This document shows, one piece after another, positions 55,734 to 63,452 of a DNA stretch of 64,000 nt; the stretch's first letter is position 1, and each line of letters begins with the position of its first letter. Made by a program: the position numbers and the translations under genes. The notes below the pieces were generated by a model. The model ran no database searches and had not been told where the DNA came from. It worked only from the letters and a program-made list of their open reading frames with translations. Source of the DNA: a virus. Taxonomy: Duplodnaviria; Caudoviricetes. The stretch is from positions 6,466 through 70,465 of the IMG/VR virus record IMGVR_UViG_3300033407_000008. One strand, given 5' to 3'.

Positions 55734-56531
55734 ATGGCAAGCGCTGAGGATTGGGCCGAGCGCAACGCCGCCTTCGTCGGCAGGTTCCAGGCGGCGCTCG
55801 GGCTCCAGGAAGACCGACGGGCCGGAGACGACACGCACAACGCCCTGACCGGCCTGCTGCTGCGGGCCGGAGTCACGGCCCCGGAACCGCCGGCGCCGGC
55901 GGGGCTCGCCCTCAACCGCGGCATCCGGCTGCCCGCTGACCAGTACATGCCGACGAAGCAGGCCAAGAGCCTGATCGTGGTGCACCACACGGCCGGCGGC
56001 TCGGCTCGGTCTACTTTCGATTGGTGGAAGACCACGCCGGAGCGGATCGGCACCGCCTACATCGTCGAGCGGGACGGGACGGTCCACGAAGTCTTCGACC
56101 CGTCCTCCTGGGCCTACCACCTGGGCGTCAAGGGCGAGGTCGAGCTCGAACGCCGCTCCATCGGAATCGAGATCGCCTCGGAGGGCGGGCTCACCCCGGG
56201 GCCGGGTGACCTCTACGCGTTCGGGGTCGTCTCCGACCGCACACGCTTCCGGGGCGAGGTCTACGACCACGGGAGCGACTGGCGGGGCTTCCGCCACTTC
56301 GCCGCCTACACGGAACCGGCACTGCTCTCTGTCTTCGCCCTGGTCGACCTCCTGTGCTCGAGGTTCGGCATCCCCCGCCAGACGCCGGCGGCGGAGCTCG
56401 AGTACGATCAGGCGCTCAGGGGCTTCCGGGGGGTGATCGGCCACCACCACGTCCGGGCGGACAAGAGCGACGTCCACCCCGGCTTCCCGTGGGTTCGCCT
56501 GGTCGAGTCGGCTGGTCTGGCGCAGAGGTAG
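55734..56531 (+). CDS. Endolysin, N-acetylmuramoyl-L-alanine amidase (Amidase_2) with degenerate PG-binding domain
   Basis: IVVHHTAG, AYIVERDG, AYH, SIGIE, GHH...KSD.HPG; N-terminal FQAALGL..D..AG..T.AL. Confidence 0.9.
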   Translation: MASAEDWAERNAAFVGRFQAALGLQEDRRAGDDTHNALTGLLLRAGVTAPEPPAPAGLALNRGIRLPADQYMPTKQAKSLIVVHHTAGGSARSTFDWWKTTPERIGTAYIVERDGTVHEVFDPSSWAYHLGVKGEVELERRSIGIEIASEGGLTPGPGDLYAFGVVSDRTRFRGEVYDHGSDWRGFRHFAAYTEPALLSVFALVDLLCSRFGIPRQTPAAELEYDQALRGFRGVIGHHHVRADKSDVHPGFPWVRLVESAGLAQR

Positions 56532-56550
56532 GATCAGGGACAGGGGACCG

Positions 56551-56967
56551 ATGCCGATCTACTATCAGGAGGGCTTCCGCTACGTCCTCCACCAGCCCTA
56601 CGAGCTCGACTTGAGCGAGTACGGATTCCAGCCGATCATCCACGCGAAGATTGGCAACCCCTGGGTCTCGATCGACGAGCACTGCATCCTACGGATCAGC
56701 GCGACCTACGCCTGGGACGGCGATTCCGGGCCGGCGCGAAACACCCTGGCATCGCGCCGGGCCTCCCTGGTGCACGATGCCCTCTACCAGCTCATCCGGA
56801 TCGGGGCGATTCGCCCCACGCAGAAGCATCTGGCGGACCAGGTCTACCGAGACATCCTCTTGGAAAACCGCATGTGGCCACCCCGGGCATGGTGGAGATC
56901 GCAGGGTCTCCGGCTCTTCGGAGCCAACTCCCTGACCCGGGAGCGGCCGGTGCTGGTGGCTCCATGA
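56551..56967 (+). CDS. DUF1353-family protein
   Basis: YAWDG.SGP, ASLVHDALY, AD.VY...L, LRLFG. Confidence 0.8.
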   Translation: MPIYYQEGFRYVLHQPYELDLSEYGFQPIIHAKIGNPWVSIDEHCILRISATYAWDGDSGPARNTLASRRASLVHDALYQLIRIGAIRPTQKHLADQVYRDILLENRMWPPRAWWRSQGLRLFGANSLTRERPVLVAP

Positions 56968-56977
56968 GGTAGGCGGG

Positions 56978-57024
56978 GCGCCCCGGGGTGGGCTGCCAGG
57001 CTTCGGCCCCGGGGCGCTGTCTTT
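56978..57024 (+). terminator. Intrinsic terminator of the late operon
   Basis: GCGCCCCGGGG (56978-88) pairs with CCCCGGGGCGC (57007-17), followed by TGTCTTT. Confidence 0.7.
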
Positions 57025-57249
57025 GCGGAAGGCTTGAGGTAGGGCGTTGTGGAAGATCGGTTGGTAGGCTCTGTGGGCAGGAGCTCGCAGAGGACGGGCC
57101 GTGACCTTCGACCATCAGACCTGCGAGCAGATTGAGGAGAGTGTAGCAGAAGGTGGCTGAACGTCGGCGCAAAAGGATACGGCCCCGGATCAACGCCGGC
57201 ACGCTCGCGCGACTTGCCGACTACCCGGGGCCGTTGCGTCCCTCAGAGC

Positions 57250-57278
57250 TTGACAGGCGGGGTGCCTGACTGTAGCCT
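57250..57278 (+). promoter_or_regulatory. Sigma70-type promoter upstream of a non-coding structured region
   Basis: TTGACA-N17-TAGCCT. Confidence 0.7.
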
Positions 57279-57281
57279 GAG

Positions 57282-57592
57282 GTTGGACGGACGCCGAATG
57301 CTCTCTACCAACACCATAGTATCACAGGGCACGATACCAAAGCCTCTCCCTTCAACAGAGGCCAAGACGACTGCGCGTCCGGCTGGTCGGCAACCGAAAA
57401 TCCGGGCTCTGGACATACGCTGACAACCCGGTGAGACAGGGGCACCCTTCGGGGCGGGGATGGGGAGGAGGTCGCCGGCCGTAGCTCTCCCACCAGGGAA
57501 GAGCTGGAGACCGGATAGGGGCAGTGCAGCACTACCCCCACCCACCTCCTAGAGCGGGATGTGCCTGGCTCGAGACCGCGGGCAACCTCTAG
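57282..57592 (+). ncRNA. Candidate structured ncRNA (about 310 nt)
   Basis: Promoter directly upstream, no SD-led ORF, at least 7 helices including a cUUCGg hairpin. Confidence 0.45.
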
Positions 57593-57661
57593 CCCTTCCT
57601 GCTATAGTTCGTGTCTAAGGTTGTACGGGGATAGTCCCCGAACCAGACCGAGGAGGTGTCC

Positions 57662-58366
57662 ATGTTCCGCACGATCCTGTTCCTGTGGCTCGTTTCCCTC
57701 GCCGTCTGCGGCGCGCTTCCGGTCGCCGCCGAGTGCGGCGAAGGGCGCATCGACTGCGACGCGGAGGGCCCGTCGCCTCCCAGCTTGCAGGTGGTCCTCC
57801 ACAAGCCCGTAATCCAGGCCCGCTCGAGTGAGTTCCTGAACCCGCTCCCTGTGGGCGCCACCTTCCTCATCTACCCCGCGCCGGCCTCTGGACCGAACTG
57901 GCCCGGCCACGAGAACGAGTGGGCGATCTGGAACGGCTCCGGGTGGGATTTCGAGTTCCCGATCGACGGCTCGCTGACCTACGTCCAGGGGAACGACGCG
58001 ATCTCCGGAACCCACGCCGGGGAGTGGTATCGCTGGTCGGATCAGCGGGGATGGGACCTGATTGCCGAGCAGGCGATGGGCCGCATGCCGGTCGGCAGGG
58101 TCTCCGAGGACACGATGATCGACGCTCTCGCCCACTGGACGTCCTACCTGGTCGTCTGTGCGTGTGCGGTCGACCTCCAGGTGGCCGCGGCCGTCGAGTT
58201 CGGCACGGTCGTCATCCTCACGCAGAAGGCGGCGGGGACGACGACCGTGACGGCGGGCGGGGACCTCATCAGCGGCCAGCCGAGCCGGATGCTCAACCAG
58301 TGGCAGACGCTCCGGCTGCAGGTGATGGTGAACGAGCACGGCCTGGCCGAGTGGGTCCAGTGGTAA
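57662..58366 (+). CDS. Signal-peptide protein with DUF2793-like domain
   Basis: GAGGAGG RBS; signal ending VAA-E; FLIYPAP..G.NWPGHENEWAIWNGSGWDF..P..G. Confidence 0.65.
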   Translation: MFRTILFLWLVSLAVCGALPVAAECGEGRIDCDAEGPSPPSLQVVLHKPVIQARSSEFLNPLPVGATFLIYPAPASGPNWPGHENEWAIWNGSGWDFEFPIDGSLTYVQGNDAISGTHAGEWYRWSDQRGWDLIAEQAMGRMPVGRVSEDTMIDALAHWTSYLVVCACAVDLQVAAAVEFGTVVILTQKAAGTTTVTAGGDLISGQPSRMLNQWQTLRLQVMVNEHGLAEWVQW

Positions 58367-58482
58367 CGGGCCACGCCTGAGATCGACGGCGGCCGGGTCT
58401 CCGCTCGGGGCCCGGCCGTCCTACCCCGCGTTCCCGCCAGAGTCGGACCCGGGAGCCTTACCTCCGACAGCCGCAACCTCTT

Positions 58483-58731
58483 CTAGCAGCCGGCGGGCGG
58501 CGGCCTCGACCTGCCGCGCGTGCCTCTCGATTCCGGAGAGGGCGCCTCCGGTCGGTCGTCATGGACGTGAGCGGTGGTGAGAACCACCTTCGACCCGGTC
58601 ACCGGGTGCTGCTCGCCGTGCGCCGCCCCGCACCACTCGCACCGACCGCCAGCCCTCACGAAGCGGACGAAGTAGGAGCGGAGCTTCCAATCCTTCGGAT
58701 AGCGGGCTCGGTTCTCCGGGCGGATCGGCAT
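58483..58731 (-). pseudogene. Truncated HNH endonuclease
   Basis: MPIRPENRARYP..W...RCEWCG...SKVVLTTAHVHDD present, then the C-terminal NL.ALC..CH half is missing. Confidence 0.7.
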
Positions 58732-58737
58732 GGCGAC

Positions 58738-59574
58738 TCAGAACAGCCCAGCCTCCCGCTCCGGCCGGGTGTCGATCACCGCCCCGTCCGGCAGCGGCAC
58801 CTCGAAGCGTACCCGCCACAACCGCTCCGCCTCCCGGATGAGCAGGTCCCTCGAGCTCCCCTTCGGAGCGACACCCTCGACATCGAGGCCACCGGCGGCC
58901 ACCACGTAGCGGACAGGCTCGAAGTCCGGCTGCTGCCCGAGCCCCCGGATGGTCACCTTCGGCGCCACGTACTCGACCCGCGGGCCGATGTCGAAGATCC
59001 GGATCTCGACCCGCGGCGCCCATGGCTCGTCCCACCGGCGGCGGCTCTCCCCGTGCGCGTTGATCCAGTGGTCGTTCGACACCAGGCCGGCCTCCTGGAG
59101 GAGATCCCACACCCCCTGCTCGAAGTTGACCAGGTCCCCCCGCTGGCCGGAAGCCATGAAGATCACGGTCTCGACCTCCGCCATGTGGCCCTCCGGGAGA
59201 AGCGGCCGCGGCCCGGGCGCCTGCCGGGCGATCCGCTCGGCGTCGCGCTGCCAGCGGGTGAACTCCGTCGGCGGTTGGACCCGGGGGGCGAGCCTGCCCT
59301 CGGCGCGGCGGAGGACCTCGGCGGCCTTGGCCGGGCTGGTCTCGACCAGCTCCCGGAGGTGACGCAGGAGCGCGTTCGGCCCCATGACCAGCGCCGGCAC
59401 CCGGACGGCGTTCTTCCCCGCCCGCCGGGCCGCCGCCCGGTCCTCCTGGAGCTGCGCCTTGGTCTTCCGGAGCCGAAGGGATGCGATCCCGGGGTAGGTC
59501 AAGCGGGGGCTGGTCTTCTTCCCGACCACCCGCCCCGGGATCACGATCTCGGCGAGGGGCTCTCGCCGGCTCAC
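58738..59574 (-). CDS. RusA-like Holliday junction resolvase
   Basis: RGDLVNFEQGVWDLLQEAGLVSNDHWI matches the RusA DxxN...D...DD pattern; PRVEIRI. Confidence 0.7.
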   Translation of the reverse strand: MSRREPLAEIVIPGRVVGKKTSPRLTYPGIASLRLRKTKAQLQEDRAAARRAGKNAVRVPALVMGPNALLRHLRELVETSPAKAAEVLRRAEGRLAPRVQPPTEFTRWQRDAERIARQAPGPRPLLPEGHMAEVETVIFMASGQRGDLVNFEQGVWDLLQEAGLVSNDHWINAHGESRRRWDEPWAPRVEIRIFDIGPRVEYVAPKVTIRGLGQQPDFEPVRYVVAAGGLDVEGVAPKGSSRDLLIREAERLWRVRFEVPLPDGAVIDTRPEREAGLF

Positions 59575-60119
59575 CCGGTCGCGGCCTCGAGGTCTTCCTT
59601 GTCGCCGTCGCCCTCCGCCTCCGCGGCCTCCCGCGCGGCGAAGTCGAGCAGGAACTGGTCCGGCTCCTCGAGCGCCCGACGCAGATCCTCGAGCTGCGAC
59701 AGCTCGCGGACGAACTGCGGGTTGCGCGCCAGGACCTGCGGGTGAATGGCGAGCGACGGGCTGTCGCTCTGGTAGAGCAGGCGCGTTCCCCTCGAAGTGG
59801 ACTGCTCGGTCTTTCCTCCCGTCTTCCGCTCGACCTGCGAGAGCAGGTGGTCGACCAGGCCGATGCAGCCGGGATCGGAGAGGCCCGACCACAGCGTCAG
59901 GTTGACCTGGAGGACCAGGTCGTACTTCGAGAGCCACCAGAGCTCCTCGGAGGCGACCTTCATGGCGCCCCACTGCGTCTCCGAGCGGTCGAGCGCCCAC
60001 AGGAGGGCGATCGAAGCATCGGCCAGGCCCTGGTGGTGCTCCTTGATGAGCTTCTTGACCGTCTTCACCAGCTTGACGTCGTCTGCGACTTCGAGAGTCG
60101 CTGCCTTCACTTCGTCCAT
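59571..60119 (-). CDS. Phage metallopeptidase-like protein, degenerate Zn site
   Basis: IALLW...K...YDLVLQVN...W...LVDHLLSQ (family usually DHEL.H); AGGAGG RBS. Confidence 0.6.
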   Translation of the reverse strand: MDEVKAATLEVADDVKLVKTVKKLIKEHHQGLADASIALLWALDRSETQWGAMKVASEELWWLSKYDLVLQVNLTLWSGLSDPGCIGLVDHLLSQVERKTGGKTEQSTSRGTRLLYQSDSPSLAIHPQVLARNPQFVRELSQLEDLRRALEEPDQFLLDFAAREAAEAEGDGDKEDLEAATG

Positions 60120-60229
60120 GGCGTCCTCCTTAGGGCCTCCACCGCGCCATGGAGGTGGTTCGTCTCTCGTCCCGGGTGGCGCGACCTGCTCTGGACTGCC
60201 CTGCGATCGGGGGCCACTATACACCAGAA

Positions 60230-60267
60230 CCGTAGTCTGTTACCATCCCTGACGTAATGGACTACGG
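60230..60267. promoter_or_regulatory. Inverted repeat in divergent intergenic region
   Basis: CCGTAGTC..TTAC-N10-GTAA..GACTACGG. Confidence 0.55.
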
Positions 60268-60421
60268 GACAGAAAGGGAGAGGGACGGGGGAAGGCCCCT
60301 GAACGAAGTTGGCCCCCGAGGCCGCACAACCCCGGGGGCCGGGTCCTCCTGAACCAGCAACCTTCGGAGGTAGCGGCTGGGAGCCGCCGAGACAGAGGAT
60401 AGCACAGAGCGAGAGGAGACC

Positions 60422-60829
60422 ATGCGAGACCACGTGACCTTCGTGCCCGAGAGCGTCCGGGAGCAGCTACGGTGCCTGGCCGAGGAGCTCAAGACCGGGG
60501 GCGTCAACGGCGCCGTCGAGTTGATCCTGCGGGAGACCGCGGTGACCGCGGACTCCCTCGCCGAGCGAGTCGCTCAGGGATTCCGCGTGATCCCCGAGTA
60601 CCTCGGCGAGGAGTGGGTCCGGCTGCCGGTGACCGTCACCGGGGAGCACAAGGCCGCGATCGAGGAGGCTGCCGCCCAGCTCGGGGTCCAGAGGATGCGC
60701 CTCCTCGGCACTCTGCTCACCGCCGCCGCCCGCAACCCGCGGGATCTGGCGGCCCTCATCACCGGAGGCCGCGCCCGGTCCGCACAGAGCGAGGAAGAGG
60801 AAGATGTCGCAGTCGCAGTGGAAGCCTGA
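60422..60829 (+). CDS. Putative DNA-binding protein (tandem RHH-like)
   Basis: VRLPVTVTGEHKAAIEEAA...LLG; GAGGAG RBS. Confidence 0.55.
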   Translation: MRDHVTFVPESVREQLRCLAEELKTGGVNGAVELILRETAVTADSLAERVAQGFRVIPEYLGEEWVRLPVTVTGEHKAAIEEAAAQLGVQRMRLLGTLLTAAARNPRDLAALITGGRARSAQSEEEEDVAVAVEA

Positions 60830-60866
60830 ACCCGCCATCCCTGTCTTCGCGGGAGGCCGATAGGCC

Positions 60867-61394
60867 ATGCAGTGGCATCTCTTCGCGTCCCGCGTCCGGA
60901 AGGCTGGCCTGCGACCCGTCCGCCGGAACCCGACCCACTGGCAGATCCAGGGCGGGATCTTCCTCGTCAACTTCTACCCCGGCGGCCGGAAGGGCCCGAC
61001 GCTCTACGTCGCCGGCTCGGTCTCCGGGAAGCGCCTCCAGGGCGACGACGATGCCCAGCTCCGCCAGGTGATCGCCGCCGCCAGCACGCCGCCGCGGCGA
61101 GAGAAGCGCGACAGCCGGAGCAAGGACAGCCAGAAGCGCCGGCGCCACAAGCAACGCCTCATGGGCCGGGACCCGCACTGCTACTGGTGCCGGATCGAGC
61201 TCACCCTGGAGGAGGAGAAGGTCAGCGACACCGTCCGCTACGCCACGCTCGACCACAAGGTGCCGCTCGGCGCCGGCGGGCTCGAGCACTCGAACAACTA
61301 CGTTCTCGCCTGCGAGCCATGCAATCTGGCCCGGGGCGACCGCACCGGGGCTCCACCGACGGAGCCCCGCGAACCAGCAAGGGAGACGTCATGA
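60867..61394 (+). CDS. HNH endonuclease with N-terminal extension
   Basis: RDPHCYWC...ATLDHKVP...GG....NYVLACEPCN. Confidence 0.85.
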   Translation: MQWHLFASRVRKAGLRPVRRNPTHWQIQGGIFLVNFYPGGRKGPTLYVAGSVSGKRLQGDDDAQLRQVIAAASTPPRREKRDSRSKDSQKRRRHKQRLMGRDPHCYWCRIELTLEEEKVSDTVRYATLDHKVPLGAGGLEHSNNYVLACEPCNLARGDRTGAPPTEPREPARETS

Positions 61395-62701
61395 GAATCG
61401 TCAGGCTCGAGGTCGAAGACTTCAAGCGCATCGAAGCGATCGAGATCCGGCCGGAGGGCGAGGCCGTCGAGATCACCGGCAAGAACGAGCAGGGGAAGTC
61501 CTCCGTGCTCGACGCCATCGAAGCCGCTCTCGGCGGCAAGCGCCACCAGCCCCAAGAACCCATCCGCCGCGGCGCAGAGCGCGCCCGGATCGTCCTCGAT
61601 CTGGGAGACCTGGTGGTCGAGCGGGTCTGGACCGAGAGGACCGACCGGCTGCTGGTGAAGAACCCCGAAGGGGCCATCTTCCCGCGGGGCCAGGAGAAGC
61701 TCGAGGCCCTGTTCAACAGCCTGGCCTTCGACCCCCTCGCCTTCCTCCGGCAGGGCGACCGCGAGCAGCGCGAGCAGCTCCTCGAGCTGATCGGCGTCGA
61801 CCTCGAGGCCTTCGACACCGAGAGGAAGACGCTCTACGACCAGCGCCGAGACACCGGCCGCGACCTCCGTCAGGCCGAGGCCGAACTGGCAGCGGCCGCG
61901 GAGCCCGAGGGGGAGGTCCCGGAGGATGAGGTCTCGATCCAGGCGGTCACCGCCGAGCTCGAGGAGGTGAACCGGAAGGTGGCAGAGAACGCGACCATCC
62001 GGCAGGCGCTCGTGGCCCGCCGCGGCCGCCTCGAACAGGCCGAAGAGACGGCCGAGTCGCGCCGGGAGGCGGTAGCGGCCGCGCGGCGGACCATGGAACA
62101 GGCTGAGCTCCAACTGAAGGCCGCCGAGGAACAGGTGGCGCTCCAGAAGAAGGCGGTCGCCGAGGATGAGAAGCGCGTCTCGAAGTTGAAGGAGCCAGAC
62201 GCCGCAGCGGTCAAGACGCGTCTCGCCGGCGCCGAGGAGCTCAACCGGAAGGTGCGGCAGCGGCAGGCCCGGGCGACGCTCTCGAAGCGGGTCGCCGACT
62301 TGACCGCGGCCGTCGACAGGGTCACGAAGGGCATCGAAGCGGTCGACCAGAAGAAGGCGACCGCCCTCCAGAAGGCGAAGATGCCCGTCGCCGGCCTCGA
62401 GGTGACCGAGGAGGGGCTCACCTGGAAGGGCACGCCGCTCTCCCAGGAGGCCCTCTCCCGCCGGGTGCGGATCTGCACCGCGATCTCCGCGGCCTTGAAC
62501 CCGGAGCTCAAGATCGCCCTCGTCCGCGACGGGAACGACCTCGACGACGAAGTGCTCGCCGCGTTCTACGACGAGGCCAAGGCCGCCGGCCTCGAGCAGG
62601 TGTGGGTCGAGCGCCGGACCGGCATCGGCGAGCACGCGATCGAGATCGTGGCCGGCCGGCTGGGGAGTGAGGCGGGCGCCGAGGAGACGATCACCGAGTG
62701 A
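61391..62701 (+). CDS. SMC/SbcC-like coiled-coil ATPase
   Basis: LEVEDFKRI, Walker A GKNEQGKSS, long coiled coil, LSQEA and IALVRDG degenerate signature/Walker B. Confidence 0.85.
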   Translation: MRIVRLEVEDFKRIEAIEIRPEGEAVEITGKNEQGKSSVLDAIEAALGGKRHQPQEPIRRGAERARIVLDLGDLVVERVWTERTDRLLVKNPEGAIFPRGQEKLEALFNSLAFDPLAFLRQGDREQREQLLELIGVDLEAFDTERKTLYDQRRDTGRDLRQAEAELAAAAEPEGEVPEDEVSIQAVTAELEEVNRKVAENATIRQALVARRGRLEQAEETAESRREAVAAARRTMEQAELQLKAAEEQVALQKKAVAEDEKRVSKLKEPDAAAVKTRLAGAEELNRKVRQRQARATLSKRVADLTAAVDRVTKGIEAVDQKKATALQKAKMPVAGLEVTEEGLTWKGTPLSQEALSRRVRICTAISAALNPELKIALVRDGNDLDDEVLAAFYDEAKAAGLEQVWVERRTGIGEHAIEIVAGRLGSEAGAEETITE

Positions 62702-63138
62702 CCATGCGAGCCCTCACCCTGTGCCGGCCCTGGCCGTTCTGCATCCTCCGCCTCGGCAAGGAGGTGGAAAACAGGACCTGGGCGCCGCCGCGAGACCTGA
62801 TCGGCCAGGATGTCGCCCTCCATGCCGGCGATGGGTGGGATGCCCGGTCCTATCGGAAGCTCCAACGGCGCTTCCCGCAACTCCCGGTCTACTCCCGATC
62901 TCGCGACCATCCCGCCGGCATCGTTGCGATCGCGCGGTTGGCTCGCGTCGTCACCAACCCAAGCGAGCTCCCGCCGCTCCAGCGGCAGCGCTGGTGGATA
63001 GGCCCCGTGGGCCACGTCCTCGAAGACATCCGAGAGCTTCCGCGCCCGATTCGATGCCGCGGCGCCCTCGGCTACTGGACCGTGCCAGACGAGATCGTCC
63101 GGCAGATCGTTGACCAACTCCAAGAGGTACGAACATGA
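62698..63138 (+). CDS. ASCH-domain protein
   Basis: ALTLCRPW...[11 protein letters not shown]...ALHAG; GALGYW. Confidence 0.85.
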   Translation: MTMRALTLCRPWPFCILRLGKEVENRTWAPPRDLIGQDVALHAGDGWDARSYRKLQRRFPQLPVYSRSRDHPAGIVAIARLARVVTNPSELPPLQRQRWWIGPVGHVLEDIRELPRPIRCRGALGYWTVPDEIVRQIVDQLQEVRT

Positions 63139-63452
63139 GCCAAGAGCAAGGCACCGTGAAGTTCTTCAACTCCGACAAGGGCTACGGCTTCATCACGCCC
63201 GACAGCGGCGGCGAGGATCTCTTCGTCCACCACTCCGCGATCGTCATGGAGGGCTTCCGGACCCTCGACGACGGCGAGCGCGTGAGCTTCGAGCGCGAGC
63301 GGGGCAAGAAGGGCTTCCAGGCACGCGGCGTGATCCGGCTCGGCTTCCCGGCGGGCGACGTGCCCGATCTGGAGCCCGAGGAACGCGATCGTGACCGGGA
63401 GCGCGGCAGGGCCGACAGGGGGCGCGATCGCCAGGCGGCGCGGAGACGTTGA
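63135..63452 (+). CDS. Cold-shock domain protein with R/E/D-rich tail
   Basis: [15 protein letters not shown] (RNP1), DLFVHHSAI (RNP2). Confidence 0.95.
   Translation: MSQEQGTVKFFNSDKGYGFITPDSGGEDLFVHHSAIVMEGFRTLDDGERVSFERERGKKGFQARGVIRLGFPAGDVPDLEPEERDRDRERGRADRGRDRQAARRR

Noticed and set aside
57101-57269. Two tiny GTG-start ORFs upstream of the ncRNA promoter
   Set aside because: About 19 and 38 codons with no recognisable features; the second overlaps the promoter
57380-57420. RNase P-like AAAATCCGGGCTC segment
   Set aside because: Only a short resemblance to the P4 5' strand; the other universal RNase P regions were not found
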